From assembly GCF_000820505.1 (NCBI RefSeq), contig NZ_JWJD01000004.1:96955-128954 (forward strand): 32,000 bases of DNA, written 5' to 3'. Below are positions 17,571 through 25,465 of the stretch, piece by piece. Source of the DNA: Geoalkalibacter ferrihydriticus DSM 17813 (GTDB taxonomy: Bacteria; Desulfobacterota; Desulfuromonadia; Desulfuromonadales; Geoalkalibacteraceae). The notes beneath the pieces are model-generated. The model was not told the DNA's origin. It worked only from the letters and a program-made list of their open reading frames with translations, and searched no databases. Within the stretch, counting starts at the first letter, position 1. Each line of letters starts with the position of its first letter. The position numbers and the translations under genes were made by a program.

Positions 17571-19681
17571 ACCAGGATGCCCTCGACATCAAACTAAACG
17601 ACGTCTTCTTCGGCAAGGTGGTGCGCAAGGATCTGCTCCTTCAGGTAAAAAAGGGGACCAACGTTCCATCCTTCGTGCTGGAATTTCTTCTGGCTCGCTA
17701 CTGCGCCAGCGATGATCCGCGAGAGATACAGGAGGGGATGGCTGCGGTTCTGGAGACCATTCAGAAGAACTACGTGCGCCCCGACGAGAGCAACAAGGCG
17801 CAGATGATCGTTCAACAGAGGGGCAAGCACACCTTCATCGACAAGATCCACGTCAAATATTTTGAGAAGGAGAAGCGGCCTTGGGCGCGGATGGAGAATT
17901 TCAATTCCTCACGCATCGCTATAAACGATCGCTACTACCAATCTGAAAACGACCGCATCTTCGAAGGGGGGATCTGGGCGGAGTGCACCGTTGCCCACAA
18001 CGATGTTGAAGATGACCCTTATGCCTTCTACATCGAAAAGCTTAAGCCGATCCAACTTTCCAGGTTTGATTTCGATGGGTTCGTGGAGGGGCGCAGGCAG
18101 TTCACCCGGGACGAGTGGATCGATGTACTGATCCGCTCGTTTGGCATTGAGCCGAGCTGGATGAGTCCGCGCCTGAAGTTTCATTATCTGGCCCGACTCG
18201 CTCCCTTGGTGGAGGCGAACTTCAACTTCATCGAGCTGGGTCCGCGCGGGAACGGGAAGTCCTACACTTTCAGCGAGTTCTCACCTTATTCGACGTTGCT
18301 CGGTGCACCGACCTCTGCCGCAACACTCTGGTGGAATAACGGCCGCAAGCAGGTTGGAATTATAGGCTTTTGGGACGTAGTGGCTTTTGATGAGGTCGGC
18401 GAAGGGATCGTGGTGCGAGATCGCGAGACCTTTCAGGTGATGAAGCAGTACATGGCCAACGGCAATTTCACCCGATCTTCCTCAATGGTTACGGCGAGCG
18501 CCAGCTTGGCTTTCATCGGCAATATCGATGATGCGATTGAGTCGGTGGTCAACTCCCCTGAGCATTCGCTCTTCAAGCCTCTGCATCCAGTATTCGATCT
18601 GGCCATTCTGGACCGTTTCCATACCTTCGTTCCCGGCTGGGAGATTCCGAAGAACAAAGACGAGAACCTGACCCGCAATTACGGTTTGATAATCGAATAC
18701 CTGGCCGAGGCATTTCACCATCTCGCCCGCAAAACGAACCGTTTCGCCCAGGTGAAGGCTGCCTGCAAACTCGGCCCCGGCTATGACCAGCGGGACCAGA
18801 CGGCCGTGCTGAAGACCGTCTGCGCTTTCGTCAAGATGCTCCATCCGGGCGACGAGCCGACCCAGGAGGAAATCAACGAGTATCTCGCCTATGCGATCGA
18901 AGGGCGGCGGCGGGTGAAGGAGCAGCTCAACAAAAAGAAGCCGGACGACGAGTTCGCCAATATCAACCTCGGTTTCTACGCACCCGACGGGCAGTTGATT
19001 ACGGTCTTCTGCCCCGAATCGCGTTATGCCGACGCAACCCAGAACCCCTCACGCAGCCGGGCGCAGGAAGAAGAGGATGAGACTGTAGCTGCTAAGCCCG
19101 CTACTGTACAGCCACCTCCAGGGGCCTTTCCTCCGCCGGAGGCTCAACCTTCGGCCTTACCGGAGCCCGTTGCCTCAGAGCAGACGGAAGCCCTTGCCGC
19201 TAATAGAAGCGAACCGAAGGAGCGGCACTATCGAATCCATTACGGAGCAATCGGGCATTCCTACGAGAGCATCTTCGGCGACTACCTGCCTGGAGCAGAG
19301 GAGATCGTCATCGAGGACCCCTATATCCGGCAAAATCATCAGATCGGCAACTTCTTGCGCTTTTGCGAAACGGCCGTTCGTCTAGGCAAGCCGAAGCGTA
19401 TTGTCCTGATCACGAAGTTTGACAACCAGTTCGAGAAGGACGAGGCGATGGCAAAGCTGTTTTCCATCGCCGACAGTCTGAAGCAGCTTGATATATCTTT
19501 GGAGATCAAGGAAAACGCAGCCTTGCACGATAGAGAGATAAGGCTGAGTAACGGCTGGACCTTAAAGATCGGGAGAGGTTTTGACATCTACCAGAAACCG
19601 GACGATTGGTTCCAGATCGGCGCAAATGACCTTTTTCTTAGACCGTGTTTGGAAACGAATGTGGACGTGATTCCGCGGTAG
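17567..19681 (+). CDS. brxL: BrxL-like AAA+ protein with a non-canonical C-terminal MIT_C/PLD-like domain
   Basis: 704 aa. The BrxL-type N-terminus is LDIKLNDVFFGKVVRKDLLLQVKKGTNVPSFVLEFLLARYCASDD. Walker A ELGPRGNGKSY, Walker B VVAFDEVGEG. The C-terminal ~150 aa (EDPYIRQNHQIGNFLRFCE...LHDREIRLSNGWTLKIGRGFD...LRPCLETNVDV) matches my memory of the MITD1 C-terminal domain, not a Lon protease domain. Confidence 0.8.
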   Translation: MNQDALDIKLNDVFFGKVVRKDLLLQVKKGTNVPSFVLEFLLARYCASDDPREIQEGMAAVLETIQKNYVRPDESNKAQMIVQQRGKHTFIDKIHVKYFEKEKRPWARMENFNSSRIAINDRYYQSENDRIFEGGIWAECTVAHNDVEDDPYAFYIEKLKPIQLSRFDFDGFVEGRRQFTRDEWIDVLIRSFGIEPSWMSPRLKFHYLARLAPLVEANFNFIELGPRGNGKSYTFSEFSPYSTLLGAPTSAATLWWNNGRKQVGIIGFWDVVAFDEVGEGIVVRDRETFQVMKQYMANGNFTRSSSMVTASASLAFIGNIDDAIESVVNSPEHSLFKPLHPVFDLAILDRFHTFVPGWEIPKNKDENLTRNYGLIIEYLAEAFHHLARKTNRFAQVKAACKLGPGYDQRDQTAVLKTVCAFVKMLHPGDEPTQEEINEYLAYAIEGRRRVKEQLNKKKPDDEFANINLGFYAPDGQLITVFCPESRYADATQNPSRSRAQEEEDETVAAKPATVQPPPGAFPPPEAQPSALPEPVASEQTEALAANRSEPKERHYRIHYGAIGHSYESIFGDYLPGAEEIVIEDPYIRQNHQIGNFLRFCETAVRLGKPKRIVLITKFDNQFEKDEAMAKLFSIADSLKQLDISLEIKENAALHDREIRLSNGWTLKIGRGFDIYQKPDDWFQIGANDLFLRPCLETNVDVIPR

Positions 19682-19695
19682 GGGGGTCCGTCTAA

Positions 19696-19731
19696 GCACG
19701 CGCCGAAGAACCGGCAGGGCGTGCCTTTTTC
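19696..19731 (+). terminator. Candidate intrinsic terminator of the BREX operon
   Basis: GCACGC (19696-19701) pairs with GCGTGC (19719-19724). An inner GCCG/CGGC helix has a 3-nt bulge. The hairpin is followed by CTTTTTCT and starts 15 nt after the brxL stop. Confidence 0.5.
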
Positions 19732-19792
19732 TCCTACGGTCTCGTCATAGGAATGATCTTTAAAGTCCTTTTTGGATGGCAGGAAAAATATA

Positions 19793-20764
19793 TCATGCAT
19801 CCTCAGGAAGTGAGGGTTGAGTCAGAGGAAAATAAAGGCTACCAAAATTATCAAGCTTATCCCGCCAGTCTGGTGACGGCCCACTTCTTGGCACTCGAAC
19901 AAATTCCAAAATATGATCTTCGGTTCTTCCCCTTTCTTTTTCCCAAGGCAGAATCGCAATACCGACAGAATGGCGATCCAGCAAATGCAGGATTTCGGAA
20001 AAAATTCTAATGCGTTCACTACCAATATTTGATGGAAAAATGACCCAAATAGCCTTAAAAAAACAGGCATTAAAAAGCAGTCGGCTCAAAAGTGGCTCGA
20101 TGCGCTGCTTAAAGTTTTCGTTTGACCGGAGGTGAAAGAACATAAACCCAACGTCCTCTGATTTTTTGGTTTCAGGATCCCACCCAAATGCTATTGCATC
20201 AACAGACAAAGGGAATTGCATAGGTTTTACTTTTTCAATACTTCTTTTGATTTTATCCACGAACATGCTTGGTTGCGCATAGAGAAGACCACGAAAGGCT
20301 GCCTCTTCAAATTCTCCTCTTTCTTTTTTCGCAAGTTGCTGGCCAGAAGCGGCACTCGCGTTCTTGGAAAACACCTGTTTATAGTGTTCTCGCAAGTTCC
20401 GGTAAGTTAATTTCCCCCCTGCAACTTCGGCCAACATTTTGACCCCTTCGTTGGGATTCACCTGATGCAGGCGTTTTATCACCTCAAGGCTAGGGAAAGA
20501 TAAAGTATCTGGATCGACCCCCGCCAAATCCTTAACAGAACCCTTGACTGAATCGAAAAACTCCCTGACAGCCATCATACGATTCACCGTATTCAGGCTG
20601 TAGCCACATGCCTTGCAAGCGTCTCTGATTCTTCGGTGCGGGTGTGCATATCCTGCTTTAGAGTAATGTTGCTTGAATTTCTCAAAAGTCGATGCTACCG
20701 AGTACCAATTGCCCTTAATTCTGGATAGTTCCGCCAATTCTTGGAGCAGGCTCTGCGGATTCAT
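19793..20764 (-). CDS. Hypothetical protein (AT-rich orphan); possible N-terminal helix-turn-helix
   Basis: 323 aa. Good RBS on the minus strand (GGGAGA, 6-nt spacer, ATG at 20764). AT-rich: the hand-counted line 20221-20280 is 20/60 GC. No motif I can name. It is convergent with brxL and divergent from tnsA. Confidence 0.7.
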   Translation of the reverse strand: MNPQSLLQELAELSRIKGNWYSVASTFEKFKQHYSKAGYAHPHRRIRDACKACGYSLNTVNRMMAVREFFDSVKGSVKDLAGVDPDTLSFPSLEVIKRLHQVNPNEGVKMLAEVAGGKLTYRNLREHYKQVFSKNASAASGQQLAKKERGEFEEAAFRGLLYAQPSMFVDKIKRSIEKVKPMQFPLSVDAIAFGWDPETKKSEDVGFMFFHLRSNENFKQRIEPLLSRLLFNACFFKAIWVIFPSNIGSERIRIFSEILHLLDRHSVGIAILPWEKERGRTEDHILEFVRVPRSGPSPDWRDKLDNFGSLYFPLTQPSLPEDA

Positions 20765-20784
20765 AATTTATCTCCCAAAGAAAC

Positions 20785-20929
20785 GTCGCACAAGCGTGCG
20801 ATCTTTATTGACAAAAGGCTTTGCCAGTGCTAAATTTGTAGCACAATAGTGCGACGTGGCATAAAAGTGCGACACACTATAGCAGTTTACAAATACGTCA
20901 AAGAGAATGCACGAGAAATTTAGTGCACG
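20785..20929. promoter_or_regulatory. Cluster of GTGC-type half-sites in the divergent intergenic region (operators and/or TnsB-binding sites)
   Basis: Palindrome TCGCAC-aagc-GTGCGA (20786-20801). Palindrome GTGCTA-aatttg-TAGCAC (20827-20844). Direct repeats AGTGCGAC at 20848-20855 and 20866-20873 (18-bp period). AGTGCACG at 22 nt-offset position 20922-20929. Confidence 0.35.
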
Positions 20930-20997
20930 GCACTGAGTATCTTGATGATGGGCACCAAAGGAAACTCTCTTTAGAATCCCCTCGCACGGGAGCAGGT

Positions 20998-21870
20998 ATG
21001 AAAAAAAGAAGGGGCATATCACCGAACGATGTTAAACGTTGGATCGCCAAGGGTGACGGCCAAGGAACGGGTCGAGAGTATAAGCCGTTTTTTCATGTCC
21101 GGGATGTTCCCTCTTGTGGTCGATCATCCATGGTGCTGGGCCTGAAAACCGGTCGAGTCCATCATTATCTCTCCGATCTCGAATACGCCTGCCACATTCT
21201 GGCCGAGTATGCGGGGGACATTACCGACATCCGGGAACAGTTCACCCTGCTCCCTTGGGAGGAAACGCAGAGGATTGCTGATGGGCTTGGCATTCGCCAT
21301 CCTACTTACCCAGGAACAAAAACCCCGACACTCATAACTTCAGACTTGGTGCTGACTTCAGAAAAAGAAGGGCAAAAGAGCTACGGGGTCATCTGCGTCA
21401 AGCATTCTTCGGCGACGATCCTACCTCGGGAGGCCAACATGTTCACATCAAAATTCAAGAAGATAGGCCGCCGAGTTCGGCGGGTTATGGAAAAACTCCT
21501 CATCGAAAAAACTTACTGGGAGCTCCGAGGCGTTTCTTGGCGCCTGGTTACCGAACAGGACATCCCCATGGTTCGTGTCCGTAATTTGGATTTGCTTCGG
21601 GGGAGTATGGTCTCCGAGGAACTCGACAGTGTGAACACACTTATGGGGGACTTCCTAAAGATATTTGATTCAAACTGGACGGCCAACCGTACGTTTCTCC
21701 GCATCCTCGACCGAGTCGGCGAAAAAATAGGTCTCTCGCGGGAAGAGTGTTTCACCCTCTTCAGCCGGGCCGTCTGGCTGCGACTCCTTCCCGTTGATCT
21801 GGACAAAAAAGTCATCCATCACGATCAGCCACTGCTCAGGATTGCAAACCAAGGAGGCGACAGATGCTAA
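20998..21870 (+). CDS. tnsA: TnsA, endonuclease subunit of a Tn7-like heteromeric transposase
   Basis: The ATG at 20998 gives MKKRRGISPNDVKRWIAKGDGQGTGREYKPFFHVRDVPSCGRSSMVLGLKTGRVHHYLSDLEYA. This is collinear with the Tn7 TnsA N-terminus (RRIKEGRGQGHGKDYIPWLTVQEVPSSGRSHRIYSHKTGRVHHLLSDLELA, from memory). Catalytic-position residues are conserved (SDLE, TSDLVL, CVKHS). Confidence 0.9.
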   Translation: MKKRRGISPNDVKRWIAKGDGQGTGREYKPFFHVRDVPSCGRSSMVLGLKTGRVHHYLSDLEYACHILAEYAGDITDIREQFTLLPWEETQRIADGLGIRHPTYPGTKTPTLITSDLVLTSEKEGQKSYGVICVKHSSATILPREANMFTSKFKKIGRRVRRVMEKLLIEKTYWELRGVSWRLVTEQDIPMVRVRNLDLLRGSMVSEELDSVNTLMGDFLKIFDSNWTANRTFLRILDRVGEKIGLSREECFTLFSRAVWLRLLPVDLDKKVIHHDQPLLRIANQGGDRC

Positions 21871-24041
21871 GCATCAACGATTTCCTCTGTGCAGCGCCAG
21901 ATACTTCGACGGTCATCGAAGGGGTTTCTCGCCTAGTGGGTGTCGACTCCCAGAATTTCGCATACCTGATCCGTGTAGACGAATCGCCACTTAAGGGGCC
22001 GATCCAGATCCCCATGCTCCAATTGCAGGCAGCTATCCAGGCTGGAGAGGTTCTCCTGGATCAGGAAATCACCATCGAACTACCTCCTACCCTGGAGGTG
22101 CTGAATTCTGCGGGAATAGAAAAAGTAAAGAAATCAATGGATGTTCTTACCCCGCTTGTCTTGGATGATAATGTCCTCTTCAACCCGGAGTATCGCGCAC
22201 GGATGTTTGCCCAGCGGGGTGAGGAATGCAAAATTCATCCGCGACAAATTCGCCGTCTCTATTATCGGTACATGTGGGGCGGGCAGACTGAGCTGGCCCT
22301 CGCCCCCATGTTTTCTAGGTGTGGAGGGCGCGGCCAAAAGCAAAAGCCGGGTTCAAAGAAGAGGGGCAGGAAACCCCAGGATAGCACAGTGGCCAGTCAG
22401 GTCTCCTTGCCAGACGTGCGCGAAAAGCTAGAAAAAGGCGCTAAGAAATTTTACCTGCCGGACGGCCTCACCCTGGAAGAAGCCTTCATCGAGACAAAAA
22501 ACAAGTATTTCACAAGGGGACTGCATATAGAAAGGGGAGCTCCAGTCACTGCAATTCTTCTCCCGAAAGAACAGTTACCCAGTCTCGCTCAATTTCGCTA
22601 TGTCTGCGGCTACCTCGGCAAAACTCGGAAAAATGGCCGTAGAATTCGCCAGAAGCTTGTGGAATGGGAATTCAGAGGTCGAAATCGTGACAATGTTCCG
22701 GGACCAGGCTATCGGTTCGAAATAGACGCAACAAAATTACAAGTCAGACTGGTCTCGCGGTATGACCGGTCCAAGACACTCAAGGATCCAACTCTCTACG
22801 CCATCATCGACGTTTGGTCTGGGGCCATCGTCGGTTATGCACTTTCGTTTCACAACGCTAGCTGGGCACTGGCATCAAAGGCGCTGCAAAACTGTTTTAC
22901 GGACAAACAGGAGGTATTCGAGCGATTGGGTATGAATTGGTACTCCAGAGAGGATTGGCCCTGCCAGCACCTCCCTCAACGTCTCGCTGCTGACAGAGGC
23001 GAACTGGTTAGCAATAAAGCAGGTTTGATCCCGGAAATTGGCCTTAAAGTTGAAATCATGCCACCGATGTGCCCGCAGCTCAAAGGTAAGGTTGAGGCAT
23101 CAATCAAGGACGTTAAGCATGGACATTCCCATCGGCTGCCCGGTCGTCATCCAAAAAACCGTCAACGCCGTGAGACCGATGGAACCGAAACAGCAGCTTT
23201 AACCATCGAGGAAATGGAGAGGGTGATTGTCGAAATCATCATCGGGCTAAACCACGAACCGGCACCCGCCGCTCACATCCCTCCCGAGATGATCGAGGAG
23301 GGAGAGACCGATGTAACGCGCATTGGGCTGTACCGGTGGGGAGTAGAACGCTACACTCTCACACGGTCGCTTACCAAAGAAAAAATTTGGGAGAGTCTCC
23401 TGATGAAGGGTGAGGCGGCACTCACGCCTAAAGGACTCAATTTCAAGTGTCAGACCTATAGACTTCCTGCGGGCGCTAATGTCATGTCCCGTTGGAGGGC
23501 ATCCGGAAAAGGAAACCCTCTGGTTCATGTCCGGTATGATGAACATCATGCAGACCAGATCTGGTTCATGGACCAGAAAGAAAAAAAATGGGTCCCGGCA
23601 TCCAATGTCAGCGAAAACATCAAGCGGCGAAAAGCGGCGTTTTACGAATTGGAAATCAGCCGACAGGAGGTGAAACACCTCCGGCGCCTCGCAAAAGACG
23701 AAAACCTTCACCGGGAGAGCGAACGACGCCAACGGATCAATGCAATTATCACCCAGGCTGAGGAGGAAACCAAGGAGGATAGGAAAGGGGTTTCCATTGC
23801 AGGCCGCAAAAAAGATCGAATGGAAAACACCCAACTTGAAAGAGCGGCAAGCGAGATGATCGCCTCCGGCGCTACGGCCATGGCACCGGCTCCACAGCCG
23901 ACACCGGCAGTGGGGGCGCAAAAAGATATCACAGGAGCTGTTTCGCCTGGCCCCCTGCCTGCCCCGTCCGGAGAGACGAAAAATCACCCTGAAAATAAGA
24001 TTCATCCTGCTGAATTGTCGATTCAGATGTGGGAGGACTGA
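21864..24041 (+). CDS. tnsB: TnsB, DDE (Mu-like) transposase
   Basis: 725 aa. AAGGAGG lies 6 nt before the ATG at 21864, and the gene overlaps the tnsA stop. DDE-region motifs EIDATKLQV, IIDVWSGAIVGY, LAADRGELVS. Confidence 0.9.
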   Translation: MLSINDFLCAAPDTSTVIEGVSRLVGVDSQNFAYLIRVDESPLKGPIQIPMLQLQAAIQAGEVLLDQEITIELPPTLEVLNSAGIEKVKKSMDVLTPLVLDDNVLFNPEYRARMFAQRGEECKIHPRQIRRLYYRYMWGGQTELALAPMFSRCGGRGQKQKPGSKKRGRKPQDSTVASQVSLPDVREKLEKGAKKFYLPDGLTLEEAFIETKNKYFTRGLHIERGAPVTAILLPKEQLPSLAQFRYVCGYLGKTRKNGRRIRQKLVEWEFRGRNRDNVPGPGYRFEIDATKLQVRLVSRYDRSKTLKDPTLYAIIDVWSGAIVGYALSFHNASWALASKALQNCFTDKQEVFERLGMNWYSREDWPCQHLPQRLAADRGELVSNKAGLIPEIGLKVEIMPPMCPQLKGKVEASIKDVKHGHSHRLPGRHPKNRQRRETDGTETAALTIEEMERVIVEIIIGLNHEPAPAAHIPPEMIEEGETDVTRIGLYRWGVERYTLTRSLTKEKIWESLLMKGEAALTPKGLNFKCQTYRLPAGANVMSRWRASGKGNPLVHVRYDEHHADQIWFMDQKEKKWVPASNVSENIKRRKAAFYELEISRQEVKHLRRLAKDENLHRESERRQRINAIITQAEEETKEDRKGVSIAGRKKDRMENTQLERAASEMIASGATAMAPAPQPTPAVGAQKDITGAVSPGPLPAPSGETKNHPENKIHPAELSIQMWED

Positions 24042-25465
24042 TGAGGGATTGGATCAACGATAGCCCTGAGTATTTCGATTTCCCGATCCCCGAATTCCAA
24101 GGGAATCCTCTCGTCGAGGCATTGCGGCCTCCACCGATGGATAAGACGGAGGCAATTTCGCGGCTAAGTCAAAAGCCTCTTTTTAACAGGAGCGAACGCG
24201 ATCTTCCCTCCTCCATGAGGATGGCTCTGCCCTCACGCTTGCAGAACTTCATGTTCCCAACCCAACAGCACATCGGGTTATTGGATCGGATTTACTGCCA
24301 AATCCTGAACGGCTATCGTAGGTATAACCCGGCCACAGTCTTAGGCCAGCAATATCTCCATGGTGAAGGTAACCCCTTTAACGATCCTAATAAGACCCCT
24401 TCAAATATTTCCTTCCTGACCGGACTTTCCGGCATGGGCAAATCCAGTCTGATCCGCAGTATTATGCGGGCAATGGGCAAGCCGCTCATCGTGCATTCCA
24501 ACTACAAAGGTGCTCCATTCCCGGAGTCACAGATCCTCTATCTCATGAGGAATGTGCCCGACCAGTGCAGTGCCAAATCTGTCTGCAAGAAAATCGGCCT
24601 CCATGCTGACACCCTGCTTGGCAAGAAACTTTATGCTCAACGATTCACAGACAAGGCATCAAGATCCGAATACGTCTCCGCACTTGAGGCAATTATCAAA
24701 AATCACCATGTCGGCGCTCTTGTCATCGACGAATTTCAAAATATCTCCTTGGCAAAATCTGGCGGCAAGGGAGAGGTTCTAGCCCTGATTCACAATCTCC
24801 GCGACGAACTCGGAGTTCCCATCATCCTTGTCGGGACCTATAAAGCCGCAGCAATGTTAAGGGAGGAAACCAGCCTCGCGCGCCGTCTCGTTGAGGGCGG
24901 TTTTCACGAACTGAAGAGGCCTGCCGACCCAAGCGATATAAATTGGCGTGCCCTCTGCAACATCGTCTGGCGCTATCAGTGGGTGAGAGAACCGCAAGAC
25001 ATCAGCGACAAAATCGTCCAAACCTTATATGGCTTCAGTCAGGGAATCACCGGCATCATGATCAACCTCTTTATTACCGCCCAGACCTACGCGATCGAGG
25101 AAGGGCTCGAAACCGTGACCTGTGGTCTGTTGAATGAGATCTATCATGAACGCTTCCGGCCGATACACCACATCATCCACCTTCTCCGGGAAAACAATCC
25201 GGCAGTTTTGAGCCAGTATGACGATCTCTACTTTGACGCGATTGCGGAAATGGATGACGATCCATTACAGAACCGCATCAAAGCTCTTCGAGAAGGGATG
25301 GCAGACACCAAGGAGGCTCTGTTGGAAAATATTGCCGCCGGGCCGCCCCAGAATGTAGCCAAACCTCGCCAAGGAAGAAAAAACAAGCTGACGACAAAAA
25401 GCCTCCACGATGCGATCCGAGGGTCTGCTCAAAACTCTGCCGATATCCTCGGAAAAAGGGCATGA
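24041..25465 (+). CDS. tnsC: TnsC AAA+ ATPase
   Basis: I prefer the ATG at 24041 (GGGAGGA at 24031-24037; TGATG overlap with the tnsB stop) over the GTG at 24029. Walker A TGLSGMGKSSLI, Walker B ALVIDEFQN. Confidence 0.85.
   Translation: MRDWINDSPEYFDFPIPEFQGNPLVEALRPPPMDKTEAISRLSQKPLFNRSERDLPSSMRMALPSRLQNFMFPTQQHIGLLDRIYCQILNGYRRYNPATVLGQQYLHGEGNPFNDPNKTPSNISFLTGLSGMGKSSLIRSIMRAMGKPLIVHSNYKGAPFPESQILYLMRNVPDQCSAKSVCKKIGLHADTLLGKKLYAQRFTDKASRSEYVSALEAIIKNHHVGALVIDEFQNISLAKSGGKGEVLALIHNLRDELGVPIILVGTYKAAAMLREETSLARRLVEGGFHELKRPADPSDINWRALCNIVWRYQWVREPQDISDKIVQTLYGFSQGITGIMINLFITAQTYAIEEGLETVTCGLLNEIYHERFRPIHHIIHLLRENNPAVLSQYDDLYFDAIAEMDDDPLQNRIKALREGMADTKEALLENIAAGPPQNVAKPRQGRKNKLTTKSLHDAIRGSAQNSADILGKRA

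Noticed and set aside
19751-19755. GAATG at 19751-19755 matching GAATG just outside the proposed left end (30186-30190), as a possible 5-bp target-site duplication
   Set aside because: A 5-mer match within ~100 nt is expected by chance about one time in ten. The sequence following 19755 (ATCTTTAAAGTCC...) only loosely resembles the inverted left terminus and lacks TGT. I keep it as a hypothesis only.
23247-24005. 252-aa minus-strand ORF inside tnsB
   Set aside because: It is antisense to a gene with DDE motifs, and the translation is Cys/Arg/Phe-rich and not protein-like.
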